A stretch of DNA of 64,000 nucleotides. It comes from a virus. Taxonomy: Duplodnaviria; Caudoviricetes. Below the pieces are notes generated by a model, which saw only the letters and a program-made list of their open reading frames with translations, was not told the DNA's origin and did no database searches. Location of the stretch: the IMG/VR virus record IMGVR_UViG_3300028197_000002; one strand, written 5' to 3'. The translations under genes were made by a program, and so were the position numbers. Every line of letters starts with the position of its first letter. Positions within the stretch are counted from its first letter, which is position 1. Positions 19,031 through 28,235 of the stretch are shown here, piece after piece.

Positions 19031-19882
19031 TTATTGACACCTAAGACTTCTATGATATTTTCTTATTGGATTGTTAAATTCCTTTATGGGATGCATTATG
19101 TAAGATTTTTTGCACGACTCGAAATCATCAGTTCCTAAATCACCATCGTTAGATTTACTTACTTCATTGTTAACAGTATATGTAAATGATCCCCCAAATT
19201 TAATTTTGTATTTTTCATATTCTCCTGTTGGTTGTTGAGGAATTGAAAAATTTGCAAATTCTCCTATGCCTCCTCCCAAATGCCAAGCTAAAGTTGGAAA
19301 AAGATGTTCTGAAACATCCCAGCCTTTATATTTAGGATAATAACCTTTATTGAAAGCATTTGTATAATTTAAAATTATTTCAAAAAAGTTCAGCTCTTTT
19401 AATTTTTTCAAAAAATCTTTCTTAAAAAACAAACAACATCCTAACATGTAATAGGTATCAGTTATTTCTTTTCGCAAAAACTTTCCTATGAAAGGAAATG
19501 TATTGTCTTCAAAATTTCTATCCACTTTCTCTTTTTTTAAGTTATTTCCAACCAACCAAGAGTTTCTTTTTTTTAAATCTTGAGCAATATTATTTGCTGC
19601 AAATAAGCAATCCGGCTCTGTATAACAGTACCAGTCTACATCTTCGCCCCATATTTCCCATGCTTTCATCAGTCCTAATATTACATTTTTATAAGGAGCT
19701 TTATTGGAATTATGACTAAAACCTTTTAGTTTATATGTGTAATTTATGCTTTTGAAATCATCTTTTGAGTAGCCGTCACTCACAAGAAGTATATCTTTAG
19801 ACAAAAAAGATCTAACTGAGTCTAACGTGTCGAGCAAAAGGTCACTTTCTTCGTGACAGTTTAAAACCGTAGCTATTTTCAT
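19031..19882 (-). CDS. Putative glycosyltransferase (GT-A-like)
   Basis: TVLNCHE, LLVSDG, YTEPDCLF (DxD-like), GCCLFF and terminal HPIK resemble GT-A enzymes. Confidence 0.45.
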   Translation of the reverse strand: MKIATVLNCHEESDLLLDTLDSVRSFLSKDILLVSDGYSKDDFKSINYTYKLKGFSHNSNKAPYKNVILGLMKAWEIWGEDVDWYCYTEPDCLFAANNIAQDLKKRNSWLVGNNLKKEKVDRNFEDNTFPFIGKFLRKEITDTYYMLGCCLFFKKDFLKKLKELNFFEIILNYTNAFNKGYYPKYKGWDVSEHLFPTLAWHLGGGIGEFANFSIPQQPTGEYEKYKIKFGGSFTYTVNNEVSKSNDGDLGTDDFESCKKSYIMHPIKEFNNPIRKYHRSLRCQ

Positions 19883-20500
19883 TTAATAAATTGTCTTTGA
19901 AAACATTATTTCTTTATTATCTCTTATAAAAGTAATTCCACAATTTTTAATTGAAGTATTTTCTTCAAAATCAAAATTAGAATATCTTTCAAAAAGAATT
20001 TCAACAGTGTTAGTAGCTAAAGCGTGTAAACATCTACACACAGATCCATGAGAAACTATTAAATATTTTCCTTTTGGATCTAAATTAGAATAAAAGCTCT
20101 TAACTCTTGGTACGAACTCTGCAAGACTTTCGTCTTTAAAACAAATCTCTTTTTTATCTTCGATCCACGAAAAGTCATAAATATCTTTTCTGTTTCTTAT
20201 CGTCACACAAGGAGAAATTGAATTTTCTTTAGTGACAGAAAATTCTCTTAATTTATAATTAACTTCAAAGGGAACTTTTATAATATGAGATAAAACTCTA
20301 GAAGTTTGCAAACATCTTAATAAAGGAGAAGTGTATCCAATAAAATTTTCAAAAGGGGTTTTTTGAGAAAAAATATTTTTTAACCATCTTGCAGTAACTT
20401 CCATTTGAGTAAATCCATTATTACTCAAAGAGCTATCTAAATCTTCTGTGGTCCCGATGTTGTTAAAGCTTTCTGCGTGTCGAATTAAAACAAGTTGCAT
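19883..20500 (-). CDS. Histidine phosphatase (phosphoglycerate mutase family)
   Basis: LIRHAES, SPLLRCLQT, LRE and VSHG motifs. Confidence 0.85.
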   Translation of the reverse strand: MQLVLIRHAESFNNIGTTEDLDSSLSNNGFTQMEVTARWLKNIFSQKTPFENFIGYTSPLLRCLQTSRVLSHIIKVPFEVNYKLREFSVTKENSISPCVTIRNRKDIYDFSWIEDKKEICFKDESLAEFVPRVKSFYSNLDPKGKYLIVSHGSVCRCLHALATNTVEILFERYSNFDFEENTSIKNCGITFIRDNKEIMFSKTIY

Positions 20501-20808
20501 TAAACTTCTTTAGCTTTTGGAGCCAAAGTATCTCCTGTGATTTTTCGAATAAGATCAGCAATAAGTATACCTCTATCTATAGAATTTTCAATGGTTTCAT
20601 ATTTAGACCTGTCTCTTTCTTTAATATTTTTAATTACGCCTAAATCAAGCAAATCTTGCTTAAGTTTTCGACTAAATTCTTCTGTATTTCTTTGAAGAAG
20701 ATATTTTTTTTCTCTATCTCCAAGATTTTCATAATTAGAAGAAATTGTTCCTAGTATTGCATCTTCTATCACTTCACTTTTTTGTTCAAACCAAACAGAA
20801 AATTTCAT
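20500..20808 (-). CDS. Hypothetical protein with an N-terminal MKFSVWFE motif
   Basis: 102-aa ORF, translationally coupled to the phosphatase gene. Confidence 0.6.
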   Translation of the reverse strand: MKFSVWFEQKSEVIEDAILGTISSNYENLGDREKKYLLQRNTEEFSRKLKQDLLDLGVIKNIKERDRSKYETIENSIDRGILIADLIRKITGDTLAPKAKEV

Positions 20809-20854
20809 AAATATCCTTGTTTTTAATTAAATTCACATTTATATATACTGTATC

Positions 20855-21658
20855 ATGAGAACATTTAAAGAATGGATAGAAAAAAGACAAGATATTTTTG
20901 GCTTTGAAAAAGAGCAAGAAGAAGACTCGTCGTTTGCCGTAAAAAATCAAGATCCAATTATGCAAGTTGATATTGAGCATATTATGGATGAATTGGCAAA
21001 CACTAAAATCCATGGAAAAAGAGGCAAAATTCCTTATATTAATGAAATACACTGGGGTGACGAAATTGGCTCTTTAAAATTATTGCTAAGTCCCGCTGGT
21101 TCTGGCAAAGCAATAATATCTGGAAAGCAAACTGATCTTGAAAATAAAGATTGTTGGATTTGCAAATCAATAATTCCATATGTGAATCTAGAAGATGCTT
21201 CATTTAGAGATGATGAAAACCTCGCTGATATACTGTATAATAAAATAGATGAAATTGGACCTATAGAAATACCTAAAGCAGAATATTTAAATTTAGAAAA
21301 ACTAACAATTAAGCTTTCTAGAAAATGTTGCAAGCCTGACGTTATACCTAAAATTTTTATATACACAGGAATAAGAGAAGTAGTTAAAGATAAAAATTAT
21401 ATAATAAAATTTGAATGCAAAGGACAAGGAGCAGAGGCTCCGGGAGAAGGTGGAGGAAATAGACTTGAAATGTTTGCCATAGAAACATCTTATAATGATA
21501 AAACTGGTTTGATTAGATGCATGGGTTATGGAGTAACCTCTCCCATGAAAGGCCATAAATGGGAACCACAGCCATCTGATTGGGATGAATATTTTTCTCC
21601 AAAGCAAAAATCAGATGAAATTTGTGAAGCAATTGCCAACGCTTTAAGTATTTTTTGA
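20855..21658 (+). CDS. Hypothetical protein with an N-terminal MRTFKEWIE motif
   Basis: 267-aa ORF with no recognised catalytic motif. Confidence 0.6.
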   Translation: MRTFKEWIEKRQDIFGFEKEQEEDSSFAVKNQDPIMQVDIEHIMDELANTKIHGKRGKIPYINEIHWGDEIGSLKLLLSPAGSGKAIISGKQTDLENKDCWICKSIIPYVNLEDASFRDDENLADILYNKIDEIGPIEIPKAEYLNLEKLTIKLSRKCCKPDVIPKIFIYTGIREVVKDKNYIIKFECKGQGAEAPGEGGGNRLEMFAIETSYNDKTGLIRCMGYGVTSPMKGHKWEPQPSDWDEYFSPKQKSDEICEAIANALSIF

Positions 21659-21796
21659 GGATTTAAAATGATGGGATCTGTTAGTTCTATAGTTCGCTGC
21701 AAAGATTTGGAAAACAAAAACTTTCAAGTTCAGGGTGCATTGTCTAATTTGGATTGTAAAAAAGAAAAGAAAAAAAATAAAACAAAAATAAAAACA

Positions 21797-22297
21797 ATGA
21801 AATTTAGTGAATGGTATGAAATAAGAGAAGCAAAAGAAAAAAAGAAAGTTCCTAAAAAATACCTAAAAGGCTTAAAAGAAAAAGGCGAATACGGATCAAA
21901 AGAAGCAATGAAAAAAGAGATAAAAAAATTCTCAGGCTCTGACGATTACAAAAAAAATTGGGATGCTGATTATAAAAATGGGAAAAGGATAAAAACAAAA
22001 AAATCAGCAGCTACAAAAGCTTATGAGAAAAAGTATGAGTCTAATCTTTTTGAATCTAATGATAATATAGATGTTGCTTTGAAAAACAAATCTGAAAAAA
22101 CTGGAATATCCAAATCAATACTTAGAAAAGTATACAACCGAGGAAAAGCCGCTTGGAATTCTGGACATCGACCGGGTGTTGCTCAAGATCAATGGGCTAT
22201 GGGAAGAGTCAATAGTTTTATAACAGGAAGTGGAGGCGCTCGAAAGGCAGACAAAGATCTTTGGGATAAAGCTAAAAAATCTAGGAAAAAGAAATAA
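21797..22297 (+). CDS. DUF5824-like basic protein
   Basis: ALKNKSEKTGISKSILRKVYNRGKAAWNSGHRPG...WAMGRVNSF pattern. The probable start is MKFSEWYEIRE at 21797. Confidence 0.6.
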   Translation: MKFSEWYEIREAKEKKKVPKKYLKGLKEKGEYGSKEAMKKEIKKFSGSDDYKKNWDADYKNGKRIKTKKSAATKAYEKKYESNLFESNDNIDVALKNKSEKTGISKSILRKVYNRGKAAWNSGHRPGVAQDQWAMGRVNSFITGSGGARKADKDLWDKAKKSRKKK

Positions 22298-22321
22298 TAT
22301 ATAAATTGAAGAATTAGCATC

Positions 22322-23248
22322 TTACCAACGAGATAATAAAACCTCTCCATTTTCTCTCTTTGATATTTCAGAACTCATATGGTCACTTTTTGCCAGTATT
22401 ATACCTTCAATAGTTTCTGGCTCTTGTGGAGAATTCCACTCTTTTCTATCTTGATGAGTTAAGATGCAATGACTTACTTTGTTGATAAAATCTCTATCTA
22501 GATTTTCATTATGAGCATATCTGTTAAATATGCTATTACTTCTTACAATATGACTTTGATATCTTTCTCCATCTCTATCATACTCAATTGAATTTTCATT
22601 ATTTATAGAGTAAAGCTCTATTTTTCCAATGTCATGAAGCCAAGCGCTTAGGTACAAAACATCTGTATCAATAGTATTTGAATAAAAATCAATGTTATGC
22701 TGGCAATTTGCAATAGCCATACAATGAGAAAATACTTCTGCCGTATGAACTAACAAGCCACCTTTAAAAGCATGGTGATTTTTCTTAGCCGCAGGACAGT
22801 TTACAAAAACTTTATTCTCTGATATTACTGATACGAGAAATTTTCCATAATCTTTATTGATCCAGTATGAATCGTCAATCAATAATTTTTTAGCTTTTTC
22901 AACTTGTTCTTTTCTATCCTTAAATATCAGCTTTGAAATTTCTTCAGGGACATCTTCTTTTTGAACTACTTCGCAGTTCGCATGAAAAGGTTTGTTTTTT
23001 ATGCTTGAATCTAAAGATATGCTGCTATAAGTCTTGTGTTCTTCTAATGCTTCTTCGTAATTAAAAAGAACTATTTTTACAAAATTATTGGATTTAGGTT
23101 TGAGATCATTTTCATTCACATTCCAATATTTCATATTCACTCGTCCTGCGCATGTATTCAAACTCAGAACATATTGTTGAAATCCGCGTCTTTCTTCTAT
23201 GCCAGAAGATTCAACGTAACCATAAAACTCTTGATCTAATTTTTTCAT
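22322..23248 (-). CDS. HD-domain hydrolase, YhaM-like 3'-5' exoribonuclease
   Basis: HHAFKGGLLVHT, LHDIGK, ILTH, P.TIEG and DHMS motifs. Confidence 0.8.
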   Translation of the reverse strand: MKKLDQEFYGYVESSGIEERRGFQQYVLSLNTCAGRVNMKYWNVNENDLKPKSNNFVKIVLFNYEEALEEHKTYSSISLDSSIKNKPFHANCEVVQKEDVPEEISKLIFKDRKEQVEKAKKLLIDDSYWINKDYGKFLVSVISENKVFVNCPAAKKNHHAFKGGLLVHTAEVFSHCMAIANCQHNIDFYSNTIDTDVLYLSAWLHDIGKIELYSINNENSIEYDRDGERYQSHIVRSNSIFNRYAHNENLDRDFINKVSHCILTHQDRKEWNSPQEPETIEGIILAKSDHMSSEISKRENGEVLLSRW

Positions 23249-23268
23249 TTTTTAATTCCTTGAAAAGG

Positions 23269-23296
23269 ATTATAACAATTTTCAAAAATTGTTCAA
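23269..23296 (-). promoter_or_regulatory. Sigma70-type promoter with an operator-like palindrome
   Basis: TTGAAC-N16-TATAAT with TG before the -10. The perfect inverted repeat AACAATTTT-ca-AAAATTGTT (23274-23293) covers the spacer. Confidence 0.55.
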
Positions 23297-23384
23297 TTTC
23301 AATTATATAAAAAATACAAATTTAAACATTGAGCTAACTAGATTAAGTTAAATATAATGTGTTTGTTTAATTAATATAAATTTA

Positions 23385-23762
23385 ATGAAATCAAAAGATG
23401 TATTAGAATACAGGCATAGATGCGCTGATATTTATAAAATAACTCAAGGATGTGTAGAATGCGGATACAATGAACATCCGTCTAATTTGTGTTTTGACCA
23501 TTTGCCACAACATGAAAAGGCTGAAGTATGTAAAAATGGTTACTCAAAAAGATCCACTGCTGGCGGGATGTATAAACTTTATCGTAAAAAATATAGCATT
23601 GATATTTTAATTGAAGAGATGAAAAAGTGTCAGGTTATTTGTCATCATTGCCATATGAAAAATCATCATAAAAAAAATACAAGAACAATTGACAATGTAG
23701 ATGAAAGAATAAATTCTATCGAAGAATTAGAAAGCTTATTAAGAGAATTTGAAGAACAATGA
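23385..23762 (+). CDS. HNH-type endonuclease
   Basis: CVECG...FDH...CQVICHHCH pattern. Confidence 0.65.
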   Translation: MKSKDVLEYRHRCADIYKITQGCVECGYNEHPSNLCFDHLPQHEKAEVCKNGYSKRSTAGGMYKLYRKKYSIDILIEEMKKCQVICHHCHMKNHHKKNTRTIDNVDERINSIEELESLLREFEEQ

Positions 23763-24700
23763 ATCTAAAAGAATTTTATGAAAATAATAAAACTGATCCA
23801 GAGTTTGATCATGAATTCTATTCAAGAGGCGTAATTAAATTCACAAAAAAATTAAGTGAAAATTTACATAAATTTGCCCAGCCCTACTGTAGGGATAACG
23901 ATGTGACCGAGCGAGAGAGACTTTATTATCATTATGAGCTTCACGGGAAAAAACTAGGTCTTTTCAAAAGCCTAGAAGAAATGAAGAAAACTTTTTCAAT
24001 GCAAGAAGACAAGGAAGATATAGATCCAGCGAGTAAAATTTCTGTTGTGTGTGCGTGTATGAATAGGGAAAAAATGCTCAAAGTATCGCTACAGTCATGG
24101 TTGAATTTTGATGAAGTGGATGAAGTTGTAATTATAGATTATTCTTCTATGAATAATTTAAAGTATCTTGAAAAAATAAACAATAAAATAAAAGTTATAA
24201 GAATAGAGGGTCAAAAATACTACAATGTTGCAAAAGCAAATAACTTAGCAGTCTTAAATGCAAAAAATGAAAGGGTAATGAAAATGGATGTGGATTATGT
24301 TTTAAATCCATATTTTAATATATTTAAAATATTAAATAAAGCAATAAGAAGAAATAATTTCATTATCGGAAACTGCAAGCTTGAGCAAGCGGACAATAAT
24401 CTTGGATTTTTAAGATATCTTCATGGATTTTTATACATCTATAAAGAAACTTTTGAAAAATTTGGAAAATACAATGAGAATTTTGAAGGTTATGGGTGGG
24501 AAGACTCAGATGTTCATGTCAAGTTAGAAAAAAATGGTTTAAAAAAAGAATTTATACCTTTTGATCAAATGTATATCTATCATAATCCGCATAGTGATAA
24601 TGTGAGATCAGAAAATTACGAAAATAAAAACATAGAAGAAACTTTTCTCTCAAATCAAAATTACAAAAATGAAGATAAGAAGTACAAATGGATTTGCTAA
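23759..24700 (+). CDS. Glycosyltransferase (GT2 / GT7 C-terminal-like)
   Basis: VVCACMNR, IIDYSS, ANNLA, MDVD (DxD) and YNENFEGYGWEDSD motifs. Confidence 0.85.
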   Translation: MNLKEFYENNKTDPEFDHEFYSRGVIKFTKKLSENLHKFAQPYCRDNDVTERERLYYHYELHGKKLGLFKSLEEMKKTFSMQEDKEDIDPASKISVVCACMNREKMLKVSLQSWLNFDEVDEVVIIDYSSMNNLKYLEKINNKIKVIRIEGQKYYNVAKANNLAVLNAKNERVMKMDVDYVLNPYFNIFKILNKAIRRNNFIIGNCKLEQADNNLGFLRYLHGFLYIYKETFEKFGKYNENFEGYGWEDSDVHVKLEKNGLKKEFIPFDQMYIYHNPHSDNVRSENYENKNIEETFLSNQNYKNEDKKYKWIC

Positions 24701-25439
24701 TCAATTCAGACATTCTTTATTTTTTAACTACGCATTAAAAAATAAAATATTAAAAAACGCGATTCAGTATTGGACTATAACAAATCACAATAACGTTTCT
24801 TTCTGTAAGTTTTTTAAAAAACCATGTTGTTTAAATATCATAGAAAATAATATGATGTGTCATGAAATCGAAAAATTAGATTACGAAAATGAAACTTTTT
24901 CTTTCTTAGTAAAAAAATACACAAATGAAAAATCATTCGAAATTTGCAAAAAATCTTTTAAGGATTTTGAATTGAAATGTGAATATGAATTTAAAATTCA
25001 AGAATTCATAAGAAAAAATAACATTGAGAATTCAATAGGTCTTCACTTGAGGACGACTTGCAAAACAGCTCTTTTAAGAGAAAATAAAAACGCTAGGTTT
25101 CAACCAAAAGATATACAAGATACAATAAAAAAAATAAAAGAAACAGATAAAAAAGTTTATTTAGCAACAGATAACAAAGAAACTCAAGATAAGATGGTTG
25201 ATTTACTTGGAAATAAAATAATTTTTTACAAGAAAATAGAGTCAGGAGAAGAAAACTTCAAAGGGAAATATGATAAATCAAAAGTAAAAAGAAACACGAC
25301 TGATTTTCACACTATCTTTGATTTTTATGTTTTACAAAGTTGCAGTTCTTTTATTGGGTCTAACGAAAGTACCCTTTCCATTATGATAAAATATATAAGA
25401 GATAACGCTACAGACGATCCTATATTGGGAAGTCTATAG
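24669..25439 (+). CDS. Fucosyltransferase-like protein (GT-B; NodZ/GT23/O-FucT-like)
   Basis: GFANQ, IGLHLRTT, YLATDN and D..L..C..FIGSNEST.S motifs. Confidence 0.65.
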   Translation: MKIRSTNGFANQFRHSLFFNYALKNKILKNAIQYWTITNHNNVSFCKFFKKPCCLNIIENNMMCHEIEKLDYENETFSFLVKKYTNEKSFEICKKSFKDFELKCEYEFKIQEFIRKNNIENSIGLHLRTTCKTALLRENKNARFQPKDIQDTIKKIKETDKKVYLATDNKETQDKMVDLLGNKIIFYKKIESGEENFKGKYDKSKVKRNTTDFHTIFDFYVLQSCSSFIGSNESTLSIMIKYIRDNATDDPILGSL

Positions 25440-25449
25440 ACACTCAGTG

Positions 25450-25986
25450 TCACTTTTCATTATCTAGAGTATTCTCGACATCTTGGAGTTGTTCTTCGAT
25501 GTATTTCTTTATTTGCAATTCAAATTCTTCTTCAGAAGATCTAGCTCTATCTTCATCGCCTTCTTCAGATGCATATCTAAAAGCAGGATAATTGCTTCCT
25601 ATGTCAATTCCAAGATGATATCCTTCTTTGTATGATTCTGTAGCAACCCATTTATTTTGATCTAAACCTTGTTCGTATCCTTCATGCCAAATTGATCCAT
25701 AACTTGAAGTCATTTCATCTTGAGTTGGATTTATTGTTTTTAACATGCCTTCTAAAACTCCTTGGTTTTTCGCAAGAGCAACATCATTGTTTTCTAGAGA
25801 CTTGAACTGAGTTAAGAACAGTTCGTTTAGTTGGTCGGAATTCAATTCATTTCTTTTTTCTGACACTTCAAGCAAGTTTTTATAATAATTAACTTGCTTT
25901 GCTTGATATAAAGAAAAATTCACACATGTGAAAATTGTTGCTAAAATAAAAGAAAAATTAAAAAGTCTTCTTGAAGTAAATTTCAT
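25450..25986 (-). CDS. Hypothetical membrane-anchored protein
   Basis: N-terminal hydrophobic segment, EGY..G repeats and an acidic tail. Confidence 0.55.
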   Translation of the reverse strand: MKFTSRRLFNFSFILATIFTCVNFSLYQAKQVNYYKNLLEVSEKRNELNSDQLNELFLTQFKSLENNDVALAKNQGVLEGMLKTINPTQDEMTSSYGSIWHEGYEQGLDQNKWVATESYKEGYHLGIDIGSNYPAFRYASEEGDEDRARSSEEEFELQIKKYIEEQLQDVENTLDNEK

Positions 25987-26103
25987 TTTGTAACTTCCTT
26001 GAAAGAAAATACGAACGGTTTGTCTATGTCAAAGTGATGGAAGTATTTTAGAACAAAAAACAAATATGGTGCAATGGTTTTGTTGAAAGAAATAAAGAAA
26101 ATG

Positions 26104-26301
26104 CTACTTTTTTCTGAAAATAGAATTTTTCATCTTTTGCCAAAAACTAATTTTAACAACTTTCTCCGCATTTTTAAATTTTTTTTCAAGATAAATTTGA
26201 TCCATTTCTTTTTCAATTTCTTGAATTGTTTGTTTATTTTTGTCTAAAAGAGTTTTTTGACATTTTAAATATTGACTATCAGTTAATCCAGAATCTCGCA
26301 T
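26104..26301 (-). CDS. Hypothetical protein
   Basis: 65-aa ORF in a minus-strand run. Confidence 0.5.
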   Translation of the reverse strand: MRDSGLTDSQYLKCQKTLLDKNKQTIQEIEKEMDQIYLEKKFKNAEKVVKISFWQKMKNSIFRKK

Positions 26302-26760
26302 TCATTCCTCCTTTTCTAATTTAACAAAAACATTTTCAGGAGGTTCTGAAAAATATAATTTTAAATAAGAACAAGCAAAAATCTTTTGTTTTGTATTAAA
26401 ATCGAGATATTCTGGCTCTATCTTGTAGATCCATCCATCATGAAATTTTTCTTCAAAAACTAAACGAGCATCACAATTTAAAAAAAGTTCATTGGAAAAC
26501 AAAAGGTTAAAACCATCTTCAGGACGGTCTATTTTTTTCAAAGAGGTTACGCTTTTTATTATTTTATCAGCGCCCCATATGATAGGAGAAAGAGTTTTTC
26601 TAGTAATTGGAGCCGGAGCTAATCCAAAAGTTCCTTTTGTACAATGAAAAGCCCATGTGTTCTTTTGGTCACGAAATATTCGAATGCTTTTTATAGAAGA
26701 TTCTTTTTCAGGTTCAGGTGAATCTTCATTTTTAAAAATTCTATGATCTTTAATATTCAT
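26302..26760 (-). CDS. Hypothetical protein
   Basis: 152-aa ORF coupled to its neighbours. Confidence 0.6.
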   Translation of the reverse strand: MNIKDHRIFKNEDSPEPEKESSIKSIRIFRDQKNTWAFHCTKGTFGLAPAPITRKTLSPIIWGADKIIKSVTSLKKIDRPEDGFNLLFSNELFLNCDARLVFEEKFHDGWIYKIEPEYLDFNTKQKIFACSYLKLYFSEPPENVFVKLEKEE

Positions 26761-27415
26761 GTTTAAATTTCTCTTTAAAATATTTTTCCACTTCAGGAGT
26801 AATTGAAGGACGATACAAATCTAAATCTAGATTCTCAATTGCTGAATTTTTTTGCATAAAAGGAGACAGAATAACATAGTAATTCGAAATCTTACCATCA
26901 TAAATCCACCCATTAATTTTTTCTAATGGAGCTTGGTTTATATCTAAAAACTTATGTTTTTCTAAAAAACTATAGGTAGAATTTAATTCATTTTTAATTT
27001 TATTAAAACTTGCCCTAATGTCCATTTGCTCAAAAGTGTTAACTTCTTTTAGTCTTTGATTATAAATCCAATGCCATCTTTTCCATCTTTTCCATGCTTT
27101 TTCGCCAACAAGTATTTGAGGTTCGATTAAAGGATGGATGTTATTCTCTTCGAGATGTTTTAAAGTTTGCAATTGGGCTAAAACATAAAAATAATATTCT
27201 TTATCATCCGAAAGTAAACCTTTTGTTTCTCTAATTAATTTATATCCGTATTTAAATAAAGTTGTCTTTCTTGGATCTTTATTTAAATTTAACCTAGGAA
27301 ATCTTTCATTTGGAAATACTTCAGCACAGAGTTTTTGCCAAATAAGACAAATCTTGTAAGCCTTAATTTCCATGTTGTCCATATCATATTTTAAAATAAT
27401 TTCTAAATTGTTCAT
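26750..27415 (-). CDS. Hypothetical protein
   Basis: 221-aa ORF with no recognised motif. Confidence 0.6.
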   Translation of the reverse strand: MNNLEIILKYDMDNMEIKAYKICLIWQKLCAEVFPNERFPRLNLNKDPRKTTLFKYGYKLIRETKGLLSDDKEYYFYVLAQLQTLKHLEENNIHPLIEPQILVGEKAWKRWKRWHWIYNQRLKEVNTFEQMDIRASFNKIKNELNSTYSFLEKHKFLDINQAPLEKINGWIYDGKISNYYVILSPFMQKNSAIENLDLDLYRPSITPEVEKYFKEKFKHEY

Positions 27416-27923
27416 TTAACTTTGTTTTTTCTAAAAAGGTTGTTATGATCCTTCCAACCAATTTTAACTTTTAACTTACCCGTACTATTTTACGATAACT
27501 TTCAAAAACATACAATGAGTAAATGAAAAATTAATCTTCACAGTTCTATGTAGAACACAATGGGGTTAAAAGCTCTCCCAGTATTTCTAAGCCGATAATT
27601 TTATGTTATCAGGTTGTGTCAAAAGCAACTGTTACTCGGGGCTGAATCATTTAACAGAAAGATCTTTTTTCCGATAGGTTTTTTCCATGTAACCAGATAG
27701 TAGTTGATCTATCATAAGGGTTTTGGGTCATGGTCTAAAAAGGACAACGTTCTTTAACTGACATAAAAAAAGATTACAAGTAAGTTAAATTGAAGAAATT
27801 GAAAAAGAGAAGATTAAAGAAAATCACTTAGGATATATTTTATATTTTAGTGGGGTTAGTTGAGTTGTGAAATTAGCTGTTCTCTATAGCTAATAAATAA
27901 CTATGTAATACTAATTCTCTCCC

Positions 27924-27983
27924 TAAAATATATTAGGTCCTCGGGGAAAAGGCCCTTCTATGCAATTACATAAAATATATTAG
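27924..27983 (+). repeat. 13-bp direct repeat TAAAATATATTAG (two copies)
   Basis: Copies at 27924-27936 and 27971-27983, with related inverted copies near 27833-27850. Confidence 0.7.
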
Positions 27984-27986
27984 AAA

Positions 27987-28235
27987 ATGAACAAAAAACA
28001 TAGACGACATATAAAGAGGTTGGCATCTAAGTATGATATTACTTTGTTTGAAGCAATTAAATTATTTTATGGAGAAAAAGAATCTATAAATAAAAATGTT
28101 GTTTATTCGATTTATAAAAAAAGGAATAAAGGCAAGGTTGGAAAATTCAAAAGCACTAAAAAGAAAAAACGAACAAAAGTGAAAAAACAAGTGTTATCAA
28201 AGCTCTCTCAATCTGATATTATAAATTCATGTTAA
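27987..28235 (+). CDS. Small basic hypothetical protein
   Basis: 82 aa and Lys/Arg-rich; overlaps the polymerase start. Confidence 0.5.
   Translation: MNKKHRRHIKRLASKYDITLFEAIKLFYGEKESINKNVVYSIYKKRNKGKVGKFKSTKKKKRTKVKKQVLSKLSQSDIINSC

Noticed and set aside
18936-19040. Possible 34-codon GTG-start hydrophobic micro-ORF on the minus strand
   Set aside because: Weak start, no Shine-Dalgarno and no supporting motif.
21668-21796. N-terminal extension of the 21668-22297 ORF
   Set aside because: The shared MKFSEW motif at 21797 marks the more plausible start, and the extension is low-complexity poly-A-derived Lys.
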